From assembly GCF_009914755.1 (NCBI RefSeq), contig NC_060944.1: DNA of 64,000 bases, one strand, 5' to 3'. Made by a program: the position numbers and the translations under genes. This stretch comes from the human T2T-CHM13v2.0 reference genome, Homo sapiens. The notes beneath the pieces are model-generated. The model was not told the origin of the DNA. It worked only from the letters and a program-made list of their open reading frames with translations, and did not search any database. This document shows, in pieces, positions 55,583 through 64,000 of the stretch (position 1 is the first letter of the stretch; the number at the start of each line of letters is the position of its first letter).

Positions 55583-56215
55583 TCATTCATTTATTCATTC
55601 ACAGAGTATTCATTGAGTATCTACAATGTGCCAGGCACTGTTCCAGGCCCTGGAGATACTACAGTGAGCAAAATAAATAAAAGAGCCTTTTGTCATGGGA
55701 TTTATCCTTCTCATGGAAAAGTCAGGCAATAAACAAGAAAATAGGTAAATTACATAGTATGTTAGATAATGATAACAGCTGAGCACAAATAAATGTGAAG
55801 CAGGATGGGCAATATAAAATGTTGGAGGGTGGGGATGTTGCAGTTTTGGCAAAATCCAGGTAAGGCCCCACTGGGCAGGTGTCATAAAGTCAAGGCTTGA
55901 TTGAAGTGAGGGGTCTAGCTATGAGGCTGTCTGGGAGAATACTATTCCAGATAGAGGAAACAGCAAGTGCAAAGGCCCTGAGATAGGTATGGGCCACTGT
56001 GTTTAAGGCGTGGAAGGGCCAGAGTGGCTGGAGTGAACTAAGAGGAAAGCAGAAGAAGAGAAGATGAGGTCAGATAGGTGATGGAGCCCTGCTCGCAGAA
56101 AGTCCTGTTGGTTGCTGTAAGGACTTTGGCTTTGGTCATAAGTAAGGTGGGAAGGAAGCATTGGGAAAGTTTGAGAAGAGGAGTGACCTGCTCTGGTTTA
56201 TCATTTAAGGGATCC
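55583..56215 (-). mobile_element. L2 (L2a-like) 3' end
   Basis: TTCATTCA tail; TTGAGTATCTACAATGTGCCAGGCACTGTTCCAGGC; CAGCAAGTGCAAAGGCCCTGAG; GTAAGGACTTTGGCTTT. Confidence 0.85.
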
Positions 56216-57102
56216 CCTTCACATCCCAAATCCTCCCACATTAGCCCCTTCTCCCATCATTTAGCTTTTTACCTGTGCTATAACTTGGTTCTGTCCCTTA
56301 CTAGTATCTCATTTCTGGGAGGAGAGGACTCTGTCCAACTTGTTAGTGTTTTATTCCCTCCATCTAGCCCAATGTCCAGGAACCATAGGGTATCAATAAG
56401 TATGATTGCATTGAAATAATGAGTAAATGAAAGCCAGCTCCCGTGCTAATCTTTAACTTTTTAATTACTACAACTTCTTTATATTGTTTGTAGTAAACCC
56501 AAAATACAAATGAGGAAATGAAGTAAGAACAGAAAGTGACAGAGAGAGAAAATGGGAAGAGAAGAAATAAAATTCTTGGAGCCATCATGGCAGCCTTCTT
56601 TAAGCTAAGAAACCCAGGTTCTCATTCCGACATTGGCGTCTCTAGTGGGGAATTTTAGGGCTGTCTGTGGGACCACAAGATGATCATACACTTCTCTGAA
56701 AATAAATGTTCATAGTGAATGCTTTTTTGATTTTTGGCAGAGGATGGGAGGCACTTCCATTTTGGCCCATTATGAGAATAACAAGACAAAATAGCCATAT
56801 CATAGTATATTTATTACAAAAATTCATGTCCTACCTGGCTGTATGTGTGCATACATGTGTGCATGTGTGTCTGCAAAGGCTTCATACTAGTCCACATGTA
56901 TTTATCAGTGTGGACTCTATGCTGAACTAATGCTAGGGATGGAGATGTCCTGCCCTCAATGGACTCAACAGGGGCTACACAAATCAAGAGCGGTATAGTG
57001 AGTAATATGGTGAGGAAATAAATACCTCTTCTAAGAAGCAAATAGACTTGAATATATTAGATAGAAAAATATACTAATGCCTGCACTGAATATGTGATTA
57101 GC

Positions 57103-57396
57103 TTTTTTTGTTTTTTTTTTTTTGACTGTCTCACTCTGTAACCCAGGCTCGAGTGCAGTGGCATGATGTCGGCTCAGTGCAACCTCTGCCTCTAAGGGTC
57201 AAGTGATCCTCCTGCCTCAGCCTCCTGGGTAGCTGGGAGTACAGGCACACCCAGCTAATTCTTGTATTTTATTTTTTGTGGAGACGGGGTTTCACCATGT
57301 TGCCCAGGCTGGTCTCAAACTCCTGTGTTCAAGCAATCCATCCACCTCAGCCTCCCAGAGTGCTGAGATTACAGATGTGAGCCACCGTGGCTGGCC
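57103..57396 (-). mobile_element. AluJb-like
   Basis: Poly(T) and an Alu body with GATCCTCCTGCC and TTGCCCAGGCTGG..AAGCAATCC. Confidence 0.93.
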
Positions 57397-58909
57397 ATGT
57401 TGAGCATTTCTTGAATAATAGCAGAAACAATTGCTTCCTTACCAAAATGGTATTTTTCATTTTTGGTTTAATGGGTAAGACTGGAGAAGGAGACACTTGG
57501 CCACTATTTGGAGTATCACAATTGGACTTGTCTCGTGATGTCACAAAATATTCAAACTGGAAGAAAAGCATTAAAAAAAAAAAAAAACCTGTGTTCAGCT
57601 CTTTTGTTTAAACTATAAAGAAAAATGTGGCCCAAAGAGACTGGGTGTTGCCAAAAATTGCACATAGGAAGAACAGAGAGGGAAAATCAGGCCTCTGAGC
57701 CTGGGACCAGTCACATGATGACATTTTGTTACCTAAGTCAAAAAGAGAATGACAGTCTTCTCCACAGGAGTACTTTGGGATTAGTTAGTGGGTGGTCTCA
57801 TTACCCATAAGCCCCTGCCTTTATTGGTTGGTTTTTTCTCACTCCATCTAGACACGCTGTTATCAGTCCTGGAGCCTGAGTACACTGTGATGGCTTCATG
57901 TTGTCAGCTGCGTTTTCTCATGCCCTACACTGCAGACTGAAAAAGGATGCTCCACAGCCAGCTTTAACACCATGCACCAAGCCTGCCACAGCCATCCTCT
58001 CTTCTGCTCCAAGCTGCTGAGAGACAGGAAATGGAGGTTCTGAGTTTTGAGGCTTGCAGGGTTTGTCTGCACTGCATTCAGCTTGCCAGTCCCCAGGAGA
58101 GCTGGCATGCTGCTTCAGATCCAGAAAGAAAAGGAGAGTGCCAATCAGATATATACACTTCTGTAAATCTCCAGTTAGTTCCAGAGCTGTCATTTGCCTG
58201 TAGAAATTTTACCACGTTTACATGACTGACCCAGACAGCAAGAGCTAGTGATGCCCCTCTGTTGTAACTACATGGCCAGAGGGACATGCAACCCAATTAA
58301 ATAAAATTAATTTTAAGCACACATCCTGATTTGGAGAAGCATTTGGACAATAACATAGTGTCAGTGTGAGTCACTTATCCTAAACAGTTTTATTGTTGTG
58401 ACCCTGATTTGGACATCGCTATGGTTGCTGTGCATGATAAACTTGAACCATGTTTTGCGCTTAAGTTTTAAAGAACTGTAATTTAAAACATGTATAACAA
58501 AACAATCTATGAATAAATGAGATCTTTCCAAATTAGATATCTCCTTTGGTAGCATGATGAGTAATTCTTTCCAGTATCATAACATTGAGGGTCTCTGAGA
58601 GTCTCCTTATTAAATAATAATCCTTCTTCATAGAGGGTTTTGCATGAATTTTGGGAGAAAAGCTATTTACCTACTTAATCTTAAACAAAAGGCATCACTT
58701 CCCTGCTTTCTGTGTGATCACTGCTGCATGTGTTTGCATGTGTAAACTGTGGTGGCTTTACATCATCTTATACTATGGATTTTTTTCCATATACAGCAGT
58801 ATGAATAGAAACAATTTTTGCAGAATTTCATGAATTATAACTAAGGCTAAAAGCATGGATACTGTTTTCCATCTCATGCTGTTATGTTCCTTGCCTTATT
58901 TTGTTTATG

Positions 58910-60640
58910 TAATAAACATTTATTCAGTGTATACTACTGGCCAAAGGTTGTTGTAGGCACTGAGGGTATATCGGTAAACAAAACAGGAGAAGATCTCTGC
59001 CCTCATGAAACTTATATTTTAGCAGGGAGGTAGGGGCAGGTGATGCATGCAATAAGCAATTATCATAAATATTTACATAATTAAAATTACATAGAATGCT
59101 TGAAACTAACTACAGCTGTAAATGGAGAAAAAAAGGAGAGCAAACTAAAGGGGAAGTGGTTAAATCTAGGATTCAATAAGAAATAGAGGGGTCAGGAAAG
59201 CCCTTATTGAGAAGAAGAGATTTTAGCAATGACTTAAAAGAGATAAAGGAATGAAACAAGCAGATATGCTGGGGAAAGATCCTATCCGGCATAGGAATCA
59301 GCTAAAGTGAGGACCGTAAGGAGGTAATCTTCAGCCAGGGAAGTCCCAGGAGATAATTGTGGATAAATCAAATGAGCAGAGGGAAGATAAATGCAGCTAG
59401 AAAAGGTAGCTGTTTAGGGTCAGAGAAAGGGCTATGGGCAGATTATGTAGGGCCTTGGAGTCAGCTGTAAGACATCTGGGTTTAATTCGAAGTGAATTGG
59501 GAAGCCAGTGCAGTTGTTTGAGAAAAGGAATGGTGTGATTCAATTTAAGTTTCTAAAAGATTAAGCTAGTGAATCTTTTAGCCAGAGTAATCTGTATGGG
59601 GAGGATGACATGGCATAGCAAGGAAAGAAACAGTAGCCTACTGCAATAATCTGGGAGACAGCTGGTTGCCTCAGTCAAGATGGCAGCTTGCAGTAGAAGT
59701 GATAAAAGGAGTACAGACTTTGTATATATTTTGAAGATAGAACCAACAGGGAGAATTTAAGAATGACTCCAAGGGTTTCTGTCTGAGCAACTGGAAGGAT
59801 GTAATCGCTTCCAGCTGTTATGGAAATGGAAGCAGGTTTTGTTGGGGAGAATGAAGAATTTAAGTTTGAACGTGTCAAGTGGAAGATATATAAGTCAGGA
59901 GAGAGATCTGGGCAAGAGATACAACTTGAGAGTTGTTGGTAAGTAGGAGGTATTTCAAGTCATGAGGATAGATGCAAACTCCAAAGGAGTGAGTATAGAT
60001 AGAAAAGAGGATGGAGGTCTGAGCCTTGGTCCATTCCCCCAGTAAGAGGTAAGGGATATGGACAGGAACCAGAGAAAGAGGCTAAGAAGATATGACCAGT
60101 GATGGAGGAAGAAAACCAAGAGAAGATGCTATCTTGGTGAAGAAAGTACTTTGATGAGGGGGAGAGCTTCATGGTGTCGAGGTCTGTTGAAAGGGGCTGG
60201 GTGCAGTGGCTCATGCCTGTAATTCCAGCAATTTGGAAGAACAAGATAGGAGAATCTCTTGAGGCCAGTAGTTTGTGACCAGCCTGGGCAACATAGTGAG
60301 ACCCCCATCTCTATTTAAAAAATAGCCAGGCATGGTGGCACATTCCTGTCATCCCAATTACTCAGGAGGCTGAGATAGGAGGATTACGTGAGCCCAGAAG
60401 TTTGAGGTTGCCATGAGCTAGGGCCACTGCACTCCAGGCTACAAAATAAGGCCCTGTCCAAAAACAGAAAAAAAAAATAATAAAAATTAAAAAAAAAAAG
60501 AAAGAAGGAAAGAAATTCTGTTGAAAGGTAAAAAGCTGAGGACTGAGAATGACAACCAGATTTAGCAACATGGAGGTCATGGGTGGATTGCTGGCAGCAA
60601 TTTGAATGTCATGATGGAAATCAAATCCTGACTGGACAAA
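58910..60640 (-). mobile_element. L2 (L2a-like), ~1.4 kb, interrupted by AluJ
   Basis: AAACATTTATT..TAGGCACTGAGG..TCTCTGCCCTCATG; GAATGACTCCAAGG..CTGAGCAACTGGAAGGATG; GATTTAGCAACATGGAGGTCAT. Confidence 0.85.
60195..60516 (+). mobile_element. AluJ
   Basis: CCTGGGCAACATAGTGAGACC and GGAGGATT..GAGCCCAG; perfect TSD tctgttgaaagg at 60183-60194 and 60517-60528. Confidence 0.94.
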
Positions 60641-60646
60641 TAGGGA

Positions 60647-60813
60647 TCTTCTTTCTCTTTTTCCTTCCTTCCTTCCTTCCTTCCTTCCTTCCTTCCTTCC
60701 TTCCTTCCTCCCTCCCTCCCTCCCTTCCTACCTTCCTTCCTTCCTACCTTCCTTTTCCTCCTTTCCTTCTTCTTCCTCTTCCCCTTCCTTTTCTCCTTCC
60801 TTCTTTCCTTTTT
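60647..60813. repeat. (TTCC)n / polypyrimidine tract
   Basis: About 165 bp, almost purely C/T. Confidence 0.96.
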
Positions 60814-61893
60814 GTGCCATTGAACTAAAAACCCATACTTGGATATTGTTGACAGTATGATTTTAATGAATCCCTTTGGGAATTTTTTTAAACTCTTGGA
60901 AGATTTTCACTTATTTGATCTGTCCCTAACATTCCAAAACTGGCATGAATTTTAATTATCCTGAGATTTCACTTGGGAATAAAATGGCCAAGATAACAGA
61001 TAAGCACTTTAGAAAATCATTAGCTTATTTTAGGCCATTACATTATATCTTCTTACACTGAATATGAGGAAAAAAGTATTAGTAACTTATTTTATCATGT
61101 CTTGGTAATTGAAAGTAAGTCACATATTCTTCTCAAAGTACATCCAGGGTTTACATTGTCTGTTATGTATGCATGGCTTCCCTAACAAGATAATAAATTC
61201 TTGGAAGATAACAACCAGACCTTCTATTTTTAATAATATCTTTTGTGCCCAGCCATGTCTTGTACATAGTCGGTATGCAATAAATATGTGTTGGTTTCAT
61301 TTTCTATGCTCATTCTGTCTGATCCTGCCTTCTTATATACAAGCCTCATTCAGTAATGGGAGGATAGTAATAGAAAACAGAGGAAACAGTGCTAATACTG
61401 CTAGAACTTGTAGGCTTTGAAGACTTTACAATTTTGTTAGGAAGAGAATAGAGATGTATTTGAGAAATTCAGTAGCAAAAAAAGAACCATATATAGCAAC
61501 AATAAAAGATGGGCTCATGATTAGTGACCAAATGAAATCTGTAGGTAATATATTTTTAAAGGGTCCTGTGCTGGTTGGAGAAACAGACACTGAGAAAATT
61601 ATTCTTAAAATACTCTCCTGTCCTCCCCTCTCTCCTCATCAATAAGATGAATATATGTTTATAGAAAAATTAGTTAACATTATATTATGAAAAACTTTGA
61701 CTATTCAATGATTTTAAACATAATTTCCAATGGATTTAGAGTATTCTATCATGTGACTGTATCATAATCTATTTACTCTCCTGGATTGAAGGTTTCGATA
61801 GTTGTCCTTTCTTTTTCATGACATACCAAACTAAGATGAACATCATTTATTGCCATGTCTTTTTGCATATTCAATAGTTATTTCTTTATATTA

Positions 61894-62192
<299 letters not shown>

Positions 62193-62239
62193 TCTAATGT
62201 AGAATTATAATATTAAAAGATTGACATACCTGGAGAATT

Positions 62240-63205
<966 letters not shown>

Positions 63206-63494
63206 CATACACGGCTTTAAAAAAACTTGTTTCTTCAGAATATTTGCATATGGAGATTAGCATATATTATTTACCTTTAATATTATATATTTTGTCCTTG
63301 CTTATTTGATAGATAAAAAATAATTTGTATTTATTTGACTACTAGTAAAATTTAATATTTTTAATACTTGGTTACTAGCCAGTTTATATTTTTCTTTTGT
63401 GATTTGTAAGTTCATAATCTATACCTCATTTTGTATTGGGTTTTCTCCACCCTTCTTATTTATTTATAAGAGCTATTAATATAATACATTATCC

Positions 63495-63802
63495 TTTTAT
63501 CTTTTATTTATTTATTTTTAAGACAGAGCCTCGCTCTGTTGCCCAGGCTGGAATGCAGTGGCACAAACACAGCTCTCTATAGCCTTGACCTCCTGGACTC
63601 AAGCAATCCTCTTGCCTCAGCCTCCCAAGTAGCTGGTACCACAGGCTTGTACCACCATTTCTGGCAAATTATTAAATTTTTATGTAGAGATAGGGACTCA
63701 CCATCTCGCCCAGGCTGGTCTCAAACTCCTCAGCTCAAGCAATCCTCTTGCCTTGACTTCCTAAAGTGCTGAGGTTACAAGCATGAGCCACCATGTCTGG
63801 CT
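63495..63802 (-). mobile_element. AluJ
   Basis: T-rich tail; AGCCTTGACCTCCTGGACTCAAGCAATCCTC ... CCATGTCTGGCT. Confidence 0.93.
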
Positions 63803-63940
63803 GTTATTTCATGTTTTTTTACAAACATTATTTTCATGTTTCAGATACATTTCAACTTTGTTTATTGCAATTTTTGCTTCTATAATACTGATAGAATCAA
63901 ACTGAAACTTAAGACTATTTTATTTCTCATTTACCCCTAC

Positions 63941-64000
63941 TTTTTTTTTGTTTGTTTTGTTTTTTGAGATGGAGTCTCACTCTGCCGCCCAGGCTGGAGT
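63941..64000 (-). mobile_element. Alu 3' end, cut by the window edge
   Basis: T-rich tail then GAGATGGAGTCTCACTCTGCCGCCCAGGCTGGAGT. Confidence 0.93.

Noticed and set aside
56630-56650. CTCF-like site (minus strand CCACTAGAGACGCC)
   Set aside because: Lacks the GGC core that follows CCACTAGRK in the consensus; too weak without ChIP data.

Overview
This is primate, most likely human, genomic DNA that is AT-rich and CpG-depleted, with no CpG island. It reads as intronic or intergenic sequence. I find no supportable protein-coding gene, RNA gene or CRISPR array; the listed ORFs are Alu read-throughs, decayed L1 ORF2 fragments, simple-repeat artefacts or short chance ORFs. The window is a mosaic of recognisable repeats: 20 Alu/FLAM copies (many with visible TSDs), L1PA/L1PB/L1M fragments, L2, MIR, MaLR/ERVL/ERV1 solo LTRs, hAT-type MER elements and microsatellites. 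Subfamily calls are from recalled consensus sequences, not from a RepeatMasker run. I cannot support a new biological system. The most interesting structures are: an unexplained ~59-bp inverted repeat (1228-1286 / 1878-1936); a TSD-flanked, 5'-inverted L1 missing about 2.5 kb of ORF2 (39687-41927); a 1.15-kb AT array with a palindromic centre (31294-32447); a candidate promoter/first exon ending ATG GGA AG|gtaagc (29720-29996); closely spaced inverted Alu pairs; and a perfect 13-bp hairpin at 22631.
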